Assembly: GCA_050700385.1 (NCBI GenBank)
Contig: JBOHGT010000392.1
Coordinates: 1-63,359 of the forward strand
DNA length: 63,359 nt
Origin: Pseudonocardiaceae bacterium
Lineage (GTDB): Bacteria; Actinomycetota; Actinomycetes; Mycobacteriales; Pseudonocardiaceae
Direction: 5' to 3'
Below are positions 38,581 to 47,211 of this stretch, piece after piece. The position numbers were made by a program, and so were the translations under genes. Every line of letters begins with the position of its first letter. Within the stretch, counting starts at the first letter, position 1. The notes beneath the pieces are model-generated. The model saw only the letters and a program-made list of their open reading frames with translations. It was not told the DNA's origin and did not search any database.

Positions 38581-41500
38581 GTGATCGATCCCCGTTCGTT
38601 GTCCGTCGACCTGAGGCGACAGGTCCGGCTCCTGGAGGACGATCTGCGCGGCCGCGTGGGTCGTCCCGGGACCGACGACGCCGGGAGGTTGCGGGCCGAG
38701 TATGAACAGGCGGTCCGCGCCGGGCGCACTGGAGCAACCTGGTCAGCATGGCGGGACGAGCGGCTGACCCAGATCGCGGTGGCGTGGGTGCTTGGTACCG
38801 TATTTGTGCGATTTGCGGAGGACAACGACCTTCTCGCCGCATCACCGAAACTGGCCGGGCCGGGCGGTGAAGCGATAGTCGGTGCCGAGAACGCGCAGGG
38901 TCGGTACTCCGCTGCTGAGCCTGGGCCAGCCGATCGAGATTGGCTGCTGTCCTCCTTTGAAACAATCGACATGAAGCTAGCTGGGCGACTTCTGTTCGAT
39001 CGTCGATACAATCCGCTGTACCAGATCATGATTTCGCATGATGCAGCCAAGGATCTGATCACGTTCTGGCGACGACGGGACGAACGCGGCAAACCGGTCC
39101 ATGACTTCACCGACCCGAATTGGGACACCAGTTTTCTCGGCGACCTCTACGAAGATCTGTCTGAATTAGCACACAAAATGTATGCGCTTGTTCGGACGCC
39201 CGCGTTCGTGGCGGAGTTCATCCTCGGTCTCACGCTTCGCCCCGCGATCGAGGAATTTGGGTATAGGAACGTCAAGATAATTGACCCCGTGTGCGGATCC
39301 GGTCAGTTTGTGTTGAGCGCCTTCAGCCAGTTGGCTCACAGGTGGATGGAGGAGGATCCAGAACTCCGACCGGAGCAGGGAGTGCAGCGTGCGCTCGAGG
39401 CTGTACACGGTGTTGATGTAAATCCGTTCGCCGCCGCCATTACGCGATTCCGGCTCCTCGTTGCCGCACTGCGCGTCTGCAACTTCACCACCTTTGAGGC
39501 CGCGTCCAACTGCGGTTGGAACTTCAACATCGCCGTCAGCGACTCACTGTTGGAGAACCCAGACGCTCTGTCGTTCATGGAGCCAACTGCGAGTGACCTC
39601 AGTTACACAGCAGATGATCTCCACGAGCATCCGGGCGTGCTCACATCGGGACGCTATCACGTCGTGGTCGGCAACCCTCCGTACCTCACCGTGCGGGATC
39701 GGAAACTGTACAAACAGTACCGGGAGCGATACGACGCCTGTTCGGGCAGATACTCACTCACGGTGCCCTTCGCGCAGCGATTCTTCCAATTGGCCCGGCC
39801 CGCCAACCACGGCCGCGGAGCCGGTTACGTTGGCCAGCTCGCAGCAAACTCCTTCATGAAACGCGAGTTCGGCCGTGAGTTGATCGAAAAGTTCTTCGCG
39901 AAGCAGGTTGCACTTACGCACGTGATCGATACCTCGGGCGCATTCATCCCCGGCCATGGCACGCCTACAGTTATCCTTGTCGGGCGTAATCACCATACTC
40001 CCGAACGGGACGACATCTTCACAGTTGTCGGCCTACGAGGAGAGCCGGCGATACCCGCCACCCCAGAGCTGGGACTCGTGTGGCAATCACTCCTACACAA
40101 CTCGAGCCGTGCGGAACAGAGCGACGAGTGGACACAGTCCTTCCATATGGACCGTAAACTCTTGCAATCGTTCCCTTGGAATCTCGCCAGCAACGAGGCC
40201 GCCGACGTACTGCGCGCGATGTCGGATCGCCGCCGACTTATCGACTGCGTCGCCCGCATTGGGTATTACGCAAACACAGGATCAGACGACGTCTTTACCG
40301 CGCCATACCAGTCTTTCCGCCGGCTACGCACCGAGAACAATCACGCGATCATTAATGTGATCAGCGGATCAGAAGTACGGGACTGGGCCGCGAACCCCAC
40401 GCGCAAAGGCTTCTGGCCTCGAAACAAAGACCTGCGACCAGTGGACATCGAGCAGTACCCCCAACACCTCAAGCGACTGTGGCCGTACCGCACAATGTTG
40501 GGCAAACGCCCGAACTACTCGACAAGATCCTACTTTGAGGACCGCCGCCGCTGGTACGACTGGCATCACGTGACCGCCACGAACGGCGTGCACCCGTCGA
40601 TCACGTTCTCCTGGGTCGCGACACACAACCACTTCGCTCTACTGCGCGAGCATGCAGCACCCCTGCCCTCAGCTCCAGTGATCGAACTTCCGGAGAAAGC
40701 GATGCCGCAAGACCATGTTGAACTGGTAGCCCTGCTCAATAGCTCGGCTGTCTGCTTCTGGCTGAAGCAGCAGAGCAACAGCAAGGGACGTCCCACCGTG
40801 GACCAAACCGGAAGCGGTGAACCGTGGACGGAAATTTACGAGTTCACGGCAACCCGACTCGGCGAGTTGCCGCTCCCCGCAAAGTTACCCACTGAGCACG
40901 CCCGTGAACTCGATCACCTTGTGCGGGAAATCAATGCGGTTACACCGACCGTTGTTCTCACTGCCGGTACCCCTACACGTGAACGACTGACTGCTGCCCG
41001 CAAGCAGTGGGAAGCGGTGCGCTCTAGGATGGTGGCTCTCCAAGAGGAGCTGGACTGGAAAGTCTATAGCCTCTACGGTCTCGTGTCCGATGACGACGGG
41101 CTGCTGGATTCACCGGAATCGATCCCACCAGTGAAGTTCGGCGAGCGGGCATTCGAGATAGTCCTGGCGCGGAGGGTCGCAGCAGGGCGTCTAGAGACAA
41201 CATGGTTCGCGCGTCACGGCTCACCACCGGTCACGGAGTTGCCCCAGCATTGGCCAACAGCCTACCAGAATGTCGTTCGCAGGCGGATCGGCGCCATTGA
41301 AAATCAGGCCGAAATCGGAATTCTCGAACGGCCGGAGTTCAAACGTCGATGGGCTACCAACGGCTGGGATGCAATAGAGCGAGCGGCGCTGCGCGACTGG
41401 CTGCTGGACCGTTGCGAGGAATCCCAGATATGGTTCGACGATCGGGGCGGTACTAGACACCCCCGCCCTCTCACTGTCGGCCAGCTGGCCGACAGGCTGC

Positions 41501-42195
41501 GGTCAGACCGCACGCTAGTAGAAGCAGCCGGCATGTACGGTCCAGGTCAGAGCCTGACCGATGTGTTAGAGGGTCTTATCGCCAATGAACATGTACCGTA
41601 CCTGGCGTCGTTGCGCTACCGGGGTTCTGGTCTGCTCAAACGTGCCCAGTGGGAGGAAGTCTGGCGGCTCCAGCGTGACGAGGACATCGTTCGTGCCAGC
41701 GGCAAAGAGGACGCTGCGATACAAATACGCGATAAAATTCCTCAACCGCCAAAATACTCATCAGCTGACTTTCTCAAGAACAGCTACTGGCGGAGGCGCG
41801 GCAAGTTCGACGTTCCCAACGAGCGCTTCGTGTCCTACCCAGAATATCTGACGACAGGTGAGGTCAGTCTGCGGATCGGCTGGGCCGGTTGGGATTACTC
41901 TGAGCAAGCCCAGGTCCTGGCCGACCTCATCACCGAGCGAATGGACGATCACCGCGACCTCGATAGGGGCCTCCTGCCACTATTGGCTGGTCTGCGCGAG
42001 ATTTTGCCATGGCTGCATCAGTGGTACAAGTTAGAACACATGCGGGACGTTGCGTCCGGCGACGACTATGCCGCTCTTCTACGAGAGTGCATGAAGCGTC
42101 TGGCTCTGTCCGACTCCGATCTGACAGCTTGGCGACCACCGAAGTCCAAGCGAGGCCGCCCCCCAAAGGCCCCAAAAACTGATCCATCCGGGTGA
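38581..42195 (+). CDS. pglX: Second, intact PglX-like BREX N6-adenine DNA methyltransferase (1204 aa), lower G+C
   Basis: IIDPVCGSGQFVL (motif I) and VVVGNPPYLTVRDRK (motif IV). Collinear with pglX copy 1 along its whole length. Many A/T-ending codons compared with neighbouring genes. Confidence 0.85.
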   Translation: MIDPRSLSVDLRRQVRLLEDDLRGRVGRPGTDDAGRLRAEYEQAVRAGRTGATWSAWRDERLTQIAVAWVLGTVFVRFAEDNDLLAASPKLAGPGGEAIVGAENAQGRYSAAEPGPADRDWLLSSFETIDMKLAGRLLFDRRYNPLYQIMISHDAAKDLITFWRRRDERGKPVHDFTDPNWDTSFLGDLYEDLSELAHKMYALVRTPAFVAEFILGLTLRPAIEEFGYRNVKIIDPVCGSGQFVLSAFSQLAHRWMEEDPELRPEQGVQRALEAVHGVDVNPFAAAITRFRLLVAALRVCNFTTFEAASNCGWNFNIAVSDSLLENPDALSFMEPTASDLSYTADDLHEHPGVLTSGRYHVVVGNPPYLTVRDRKLYKQYRERYDACSGRYSLTVPFAQRFFQLARPANHGRGAGYVGQLAANSFMKREFGRELIEKFFAKQVALTHVIDTSGAFIPGHGTPTVILVGRNHHTPERDDIFTVVGLRGEPAIPATPELGLVWQSLLHNSSRAEQSDEWTQSFHMDRKLLQSFPWNLASNEAADVLRAMSDRRRLIDCVARIGYYANTGSDDVFTAPYQSFRRLRTENNHAIINVISGSEVRDWAANPTRKGFWPRNKDLRPVDIEQYPQHLKRLWPYRTMLGKRPNYSTRSYFEDRRRWYDWHHVTATNGVHPSITFSWVATHNHFALLREHAAPLPSAPVIELPEKAMPQDHVELVALLNSSAVCFWLKQQSNSKGRPTVDQTGSGEPWTEIYEFTATRLGELPLPAKLPTEHARELDHLVREINAVTPTVVLTAGTPTRERLTAARKQWEAVRSRMVALQEELDWKVYSLYGLVSDDDGLLDSPESIPPVKFGERAFEIVLARRVAAGRLETTWFARHGSPPVTELPQHWPTAYQNVVRRRIGAIENQAEIGILERPEFKRRWATNGWDAIERAALRDWLLDRCEESQIWFDDRGGTRHPRPLTVGQLADRLRSDRTLVEAAGMYGPGQSLTDVLEGLIANEHVPYLASLRYRGSGLLKRAQWEEVWRLQRDEDIVRASGKEDAAIQIRDKIPQPPKYSSADFLKNSYWRRRGKFDVPNERFVSYPEYLTTGEVSLRIGWAGWDYSEQAQVLADLITERMDDHRDLDRGLLPLLAGLREILPWLHQWYKLEHMRDVASGDDYAALLRECMKRLALSDSDLTAWRPPKSKRGRPPKAPKTDPSG

Positions 42196-42294
42196 CGTGT
42201 CGGGCGTCAGTCTGCATGCGCGTTGAGCGCCCCATACAAGAGTACCTGGGTGTATGGGGAAGTCGGCGGCCAGCGATTGAGCACTGCTACTTGG

Positions 42295-42709
42295 TCAGGG
42301 CCACTGCTTGTGGATCCTGCCACGGGCATAGACCAGGTAGAAGCGTGCTTCATGTCGGCTGACGGCCCTGTCGATACGCGTCCTCGCCTCATCGAACGTG
42401 CGAGCCTGCTCCGTAATAGTGAGATTCCCGCTGCTGAGACAGAACATCTTGCCATGCTCCGCGAGGGACAGCAGTTCCTCAGCCCGGTACCTGATCTTTT
42501 TGATCCTTGGTCAGCAACGCCCAGCCCCGGCACAAACCGTACTCGATCCAAGTCTCGTCCCGAACGAATTGTCCGTCATGATCGAAGTGATCATTGACCA
42601 AGCGCACTGTCCAACCCAGCTGCCGCAAGCGAGCAGTTGTCGAACGCCCGAGGGATCGATCGACGAAGAACTCAGGCTGCGATGCGGCAGATGGCTTCCA
42701 CAGCATCAC
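42295..42709 (-). pseudogene. DUF5615 / Mut7-C PIN-like toxin-like gene, frame break at an A5 run (plus-strand T5 at 42497-42501)
   Basis: ORF 42479..42709 reads FFVDRSLGRSTTARLRQLGWTVRLVNDHF...GWALLTKDQK. The +1 frame continues IRYRAEELLSLAEHGKMFCLSSGNLTITEQARTFDEARTRIDRAV... to a stop at ~42295. Confidence 0.6.
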
Positions 42710-43397
42710 GGGTCAGCCCGTACTCCTCGGCTACAGCTTCCAGCGATTCGCCCGCCCGCCACAAGGCCACCACGTTATCGACCTGCACGTTGTTCGTCGC
42801 GATCACCGGGGCTCCCCATCCGAACCGAGGATCGATGACCACGGGCGCCACGTCCGGGTACTGCGGGAGCGTCAACCGGGCGGGCGAGTCATCTCCCTCA
42901 TCCCAGGTAATGTACTGCAAGTACCTGTCGATGATCTCGCGGATCGAACGCTGCGCGTCGTACGCCCGCTCAAGGCTTCCGTTCGCATAGTCGACAAAGA
43001 TGTCGATCCCGTCGGTGGCGATGCGTCGAGTGGCGAGGCCGTACGGTGTGCCGAACTCGCGGCGAACCGCGGCGGCGGCATCGCGGATCCTCCCCTTGGG
43101 GAGCTTGAGATCGCGCAGGGAGCGCAGCACGTACGCCTCGATGACCGCAACGAACGGCACTGAGGGCCAACCCCGCTTCGCGGGCGGCACTCGGTGCACG
43201 AGCGGCTCGCCAGCGGCCTGCTCCCGGAGCCAGAAGTTGAGCGTCGAGCCGGGTAGCTGCAGGTGGCGTGCCGTCTCCCGAGGTGTCAGCAACGGATCAT
43301 GATACTTGTCAACCACCCCGTCGTCGGACCGTCCATCAATCACCCGCACACGATCGCACAACGATCTGACACGGCCACGCCCACCGCTCCGACGCAT
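42672..43397 (-). CDS. HTH + DUF433 domain protein (diverged paralogue of 22740..23417). Start uncertain.
   Basis: The C-terminal 225-240 aa of ORF 42672..43805 read LLTPRETARHLQLPGSTLNFWLRE...IDPRFGWGAPVIATNNVQVDNVVALWRAGESLEAVAEEYGLTRDAVEAI. It overlaps the DUF5615-like gene start. Confidence 0.7.
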   Translation of the reverse strand: MRRSGGRGRVRSLCDRVRVIDGRSDDGVVDKYHDPLLTPRETARHLQLPGSTLNFWLREQAAGEPLVHRVPPAKRGWPSVPFVAVIEAYVLRSLRDLKLPKGRIRDAAAAVRREFGTPYGLATRRIATDGIDIFVDYANGSLERAYDAQRSIREIIDRYLQYITWDEGDDSPARLTLPQYPDVAPVVIDPRFGWGAPVIATNNVQVDNVVALWRAGESLEAVAEEYGLTRDAVEAICRIAA

Positions 43398-43987
43398 CAC
43401 CCGTCTGTAGCAGCCCGGTCTCGCAGGCTCCGCTCGCGCACGTGCCCGCCGCATGTCCGATCCGCGCACGTCGGCGCGGCCATCGTGACCGTCGACAGCC
43501 GTACCGCGCGGGTCGACACTCTGCTCGGGTACGCACATCACCTGTGGCTCGCCTTGGCCCGCACCGGCGACGTCCATGTTGCGGCACACGCCACTGGCGT
43601 CGACCGGACGAACCTCCCCACGACGATCGCAGTCCCCCGCACCGTCGCAGAGTTCGAGCTGCTGCACGCGCCGGCGGTCGACCTGAGCGGTCCAGGGCGC
43701 CGGCTGCCGCGCAACTTTGGGGTTCGCCAGTTGGCACCCGCGATCCTCCCCAACGGCCTGGGCCACTCCGCTCACCCGCAAGCTCGCCGCCAGGCTGCCC
43801 ACCATGCGGTGGCCCGAGATCTCGAACTGGACGGCACGGAAAACTGAGAGCCTCGCCGGGGGACCGCTGATACCATGGCTGTGACTTCCGCAGAAGACGA
43901 CCCGTTTGTCACGAATCGATCAGCTATGGCCAGGCCGCAGGACCTGGTCCTGTCGCATGGCGACCCTATCGTCGCCGTCTCGAGAAA

Positions 43988-44455
43988 ATGGAGAAGACAG
44001 TGATTTCAACCAGGATGAAGATCGGGCTAGGCATCGTGTTGCTGATGGCGATTGGTTACTCCATAATAGAGATCCAGGGAGTCTTCGATCACGTTGGAAA
44101 ATCCGAATGGCCCCCTCACGCCAACTTTCATGCTATGACCGGTCTGCTGAATCTGCTGACCTTGTTCGCCATCACGATCATCCTGATGTGGCGTTACGTC
44201 GATCATGGTGATCGGCTGGCTTGGTGGGTCGTTACATTGATCGGCATCGGCATATTCGGCGGGGCGGTCACTGCTGATCCCCTCACGCACGGGGGTCTAC
44301 GGGAGGGTGAAACAGCTCTGGTAAGCGGAACCGTCGCTTATTGGTCGGGGTGGTTGGGCCTTGTCAGCTGGTTGGTCGCGATGGCGCTCGTGCGCTCCAG
44401 GCTGACGAGAAAAGGGGAATCCCCTGGGCTAGCTGAGATGCAGACGCGTTCGTAA
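43988..44455 (+). CDS. Hypothetical integral membrane protein (about 4 TM helices), lower G+C
   Basis: 155-aa ORF with repeated hydrophobic stretches (IGLGIVLLMAIGYSII, LLNLLTLFAITIILMW, AWWVVTLIGIGIFGGAV, WLGLVSWLVAMALV). Confidence 0.55.
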   Translation: MEKTVISTRMKIGLGIVLLMAIGYSIIEIQGVFDHVGKSEWPPHANFHAMTGLLNLLTLFAITIILMWRYVDHGDRLAWWVVTLIGIGIFGGAVTADPLTHGGLREGETALVSGTVAYWSGWLGLVSWLVAMALVRSRLTRKGESPGLAEMQTRS

Positions 44456-44827
44456 TCTCGGGCCAGTCGACTGCTCGGCGCAGCCGTGGTCACCGGAGAT
44501 GGCGGTATCCCGACAAGGCCAGCTCCGCCCGCCGACGGCTGCCCTGGCCGGCCGGGGTCGCGGTCGACGATCCTGTCGCGGAACTGCTCGTCCTCGCCGC
44601 AGCTGCGGGGCCGCACCGACAGAACCGGCTGCCGTGGCGGACGATGTGGTCCGGCGCGAAAAAGTCAGTTGTAGCAAGACGGGTCCGTCGGCCAATGTAT
44701 CAGGAGCGGTTCGAGCAGGCTCATCTGGCGACAGCTCTCGTCGGGCGGGCCTTCGGTGATGCGGGGAGGGAACTCCGGCTCGCACGCCAGGGCGGGCTCT
44801 CGCGGCACGTAGCAAGGAGGCGGCGCC

Positions 44828-46777
44828 ATGAGCGACACCCCGACGGGCGCCACCGGCCTGCAGTTCACCGAGCAGATGAAAGGCTACGTCGCCTTCGGTG
44901 AGCTCGACTACCGGCGGGGTTTCGGCAGAGCGAGGACAGCGGCACAAGCAGTACGCGGGCCAGGCCCAGCGGGCAGCGGAGGCCACCGAGACGAGGGAGG
45001 CAACCCTATGATCACCCGACCGTCCCGGCCAGACTCGGAGCGACCCGAGGAGCTGGGCTTCACCCGTCAGAACCGGATGGTGCCGTGGCTCTCGCCCCGG
45101 CAGCTGAGCGGCACGGCCCTCAAGGTACTGCTCTCAGCGATCTTCGGCGCCTACGCGGACAAGCGGGAGATCCAGGCAAGCCTGGAGGCAGCTCCGCCGC
45201 GCTCGTATGACGGCGACGTGTGGGTCGACTTCGTGGCCGACCTGGGCGACGCGTTCGGGCCGACCTACACGATTGCCTCGCTACTGGCCGCCGAAACTCT
45301 CGACTTCGACCCCGGAGGGCGGCCAAGCAGCACCCGGCGGGGGCAGGTACTGGTGATGGGCGGCGACCAGATCTACCCGACCGCATCCATCGACAACTAC
45401 GTGAACAAGGTTCTCGGACCATACCGGGCCGCCCTCCCCTACACCGAGCACGATCACCCGCACCTGTACGCCGTGCCGGGTAACCACGACTGGTACGACG
45501 GCCTGAGCGCGTTCATGCGGGTGTTTTGCCAGGGTCAATGGGTTGGCGGCTGGCAGACGCAGCAGAGCCGCAGCTACTTCGCCCTCCAGCTCCCCCACCG
45601 CTGGTGGCTGTGGGGGATCGACGTCCAGTTCGATACCTACATCGACCGGCCCCAGTTCCGCTACTTCGACGAGGTGGTCGGCGCCGGAGTCCAGGAGGGT
45701 GACTCGATCATCCTCTGCTCGGCGGTGCCGAGCTGGGTCCATGCCAACGAGGACAGGCCCGAGGCCTATGTGACGCTCGACTACCTGGAGCGGGCGGTCG
45801 TGCGCAAGCACGGCGCCGCCGTGCGCCTAGCCTTGTCCGGGGACGCTCACCACTACGCGCGCTACGAGGCCGAGGACGGCGCCCAGAAGATCACGGCCGG
45901 CGGGGGCGGCGCGTACCTGTCGGCTACCCACCACCTGCCCGAGGAACTCGAGCTCCCGCCCGCGGCCTCACGCGACCCGGGCAAGACCTCGCCCCCGAAG
46001 CACTACGAGCTGAAGGAGCGCTACCCCAGCGAGGGCACCTCACGGCGATTGCGCTGGGGCGTGGCGACCCTGCCGGCACGGAACGGCGGCTTCTGGGCCC
46101 TGATCGGCGTCGTCCACCTCCTTTACGCCTGGATGATCCAGGCCACCCTACGCCCGCCCGGGCAGGATCTCGCCGCGTTCTTCGCGGAGCTGTCCCTCGG
46201 GGACGCGGCCCTGGGCCTGCTCAGCAGTCCGCTGGCGCTGCTGTCCAGCGCCGCCGCCGTTTGGGGGCTGGTGGGGTTCACCAAGTCGACGGTGTGGTGG
46301 AAACGGCTCGTCGGCGCGCTTCACGGGCTTGCACACCTCGCACTCATCGTCGTCGCCATCTCGCTGGCAGCGGGGATCCTGGCGAACGTGGGAGGAGCGG
46401 CCTTCATGGTCGGCTTCGTGGCCCTGCTCGGCGTGGGCGGCGGCCTCCTGGGGAGCTGGCTCATGGCGACCTACCTGCTCCTCGCCGACAAGATCGGCTG
46501 CAACACCAACGAACTGTTCTCCGCCCAAGGGATCCGCGATCACAAGAACTTCCTGCGGCTGCACCTGGACTCGACCGGCACGGTGACCGTCTACCCGATC
46601 AAGATCGAGCGGACCCCCCGGCGCTGGCGACTGCGGCGAGGTGGTGTCCTGGGCGACCCGTGGTTCGAGCCCACCGACGGCCCGGTTCGGGCCGAGCTCA
46701 TCGAGGAGTCGGTACGAGTCGAACCCGCTCGCCCGACAGTCACGGCCAACGGCGACCTGAGGAGGGCGACCCAGTGA
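44828..46777 (+). CDS. Calcineurin-like metallophosphoesterase with a C-terminal multi-TM region (start uncertain; ATG at 45008 is possible)
   Basis: VLVMGGDQIYP, LYAVPGNHDWYDGL and ALSGDAHHYARY motifs. The C-terminal hydrophobic helices include FWALIGVVHLLYAW and LALIVVAISLAAGILANVGGAAFMVGFVALLGV. Confidence 0.7.
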   Translation: MSDTPTGATGLQFTEQMKGYVAFGELDYRRGFGRARTAAQAVRGPGPAGSGGHRDEGGNPMITRPSRPDSERPEELGFTRQNRMVPWLSPRQLSGTALKVLLSAIFGAYADKREIQASLEAAPPRSYDGDVWVDFVADLGDAFGPTYTIASLLAAETLDFDPGGRPSSTRRGQVLVMGGDQIYPTASIDNYVNKVLGPYRAALPYTEHDHPHLYAVPGNHDWYDGLSAFMRVFCQGQWVGGWQTQQSRSYFALQLPHRWWLWGIDVQFDTYIDRPQFRYFDEVVGAGVQEGDSIILCSAVPSWVHANEDRPEAYVTLDYLERAVVRKHGAAVRLALSGDAHHYARYEAEDGAQKITAGGGGAYLSATHHLPEELELPPAASRDPGKTSPPKHYELKERYPSEGTSRRLRWGVATLPARNGGFWALIGVVHLLYAWMIQATLRPPGQDLAAFFAELSLGDAALGLLSSPLALLSSAAAVWGLVGFTKSTVWWKRLVGALHGLAHLALIVVAISLAAGILANVGGAAFMVGFVALLGVGGGLLGSWLMATYLLLADKIGCNTNELFSAQGIRDHKNFLRLHLDSTGTVTVYPIKIERTPRRWRLRRGGVLGDPWFEPTDGPVRAELIEESVRVEPARPTVTANGDLRRATQ

Positions 46778-47211
46778 CGAGGCTCCGGTCAGAGACCCAG
46801 ATCGATGCACCCGCCGAGCGGGTGTGGGCCGTGCTCGCCGATTTCGCCTCCTGGTCCCGCTGGAACCCGACGCTGATCAGCGCCGAGGGCACGGCCACGG
46901 TGGGGGCCAGGGTGCGGCTGCGACTACGGCTCGGGCGTCACCTCATCACACTCCACCGGACGATCCTCGAAGTCGACCCGCCCTGCCGGTTGCGCTGGCG
47001 CTCCAGCCCGGGCATCCCTCGCCTGGTCGACGTCGAGCGCGTCTTCGACCTCGAGTCGTTAGGCCCGTCGCGGGTTCGGTTGGTCCAGTCCGAGCGCGGC
47101 AGGGGAATCCTCGCCCCTGTGCTGTTGTGGCTGCTGGCCACGCCGATCATGCAGGGCTATCAGAACCTTGGCCGGGCCCTCGGCGAACAAGTGGAGCAAT
47201 CGCATGTCTGA
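46774..47211 (+). CDS. SRPBCC (START/polyketide-cyclase-like) family protein
   Basis: The in-frame GTG at 46774 overlaps the upstream stop. SETQIDAPAERVWAVLADFASWSRWNP is typical. Confidence 0.65.
   Translation: MTRLRSETQIDAPAERVWAVLADFASWSRWNPTLISAEGTATVGARVRLRLRLGRHLITLHRTILEVDPPCRLRWRSSPGIPRLVDVERVFDLESLGPSRVRLVQSERGRGILAPVLLWLLATPIMQGYQNLGRALGEQVEQSHV

Noticed and set aside
44828-45007. First 60 codons of the metallophosphoesterase ORF as a genuine N-terminal domain
   Set aside because: The peptide FTEQMKGYVAFGELDY resembles a linker from larger fusion proteins but is followed by low-complexity Gly/Pro/Arg sequence. The conserved phosphoesterase region begins after the ATG at 45008, so the start is left uncertain.
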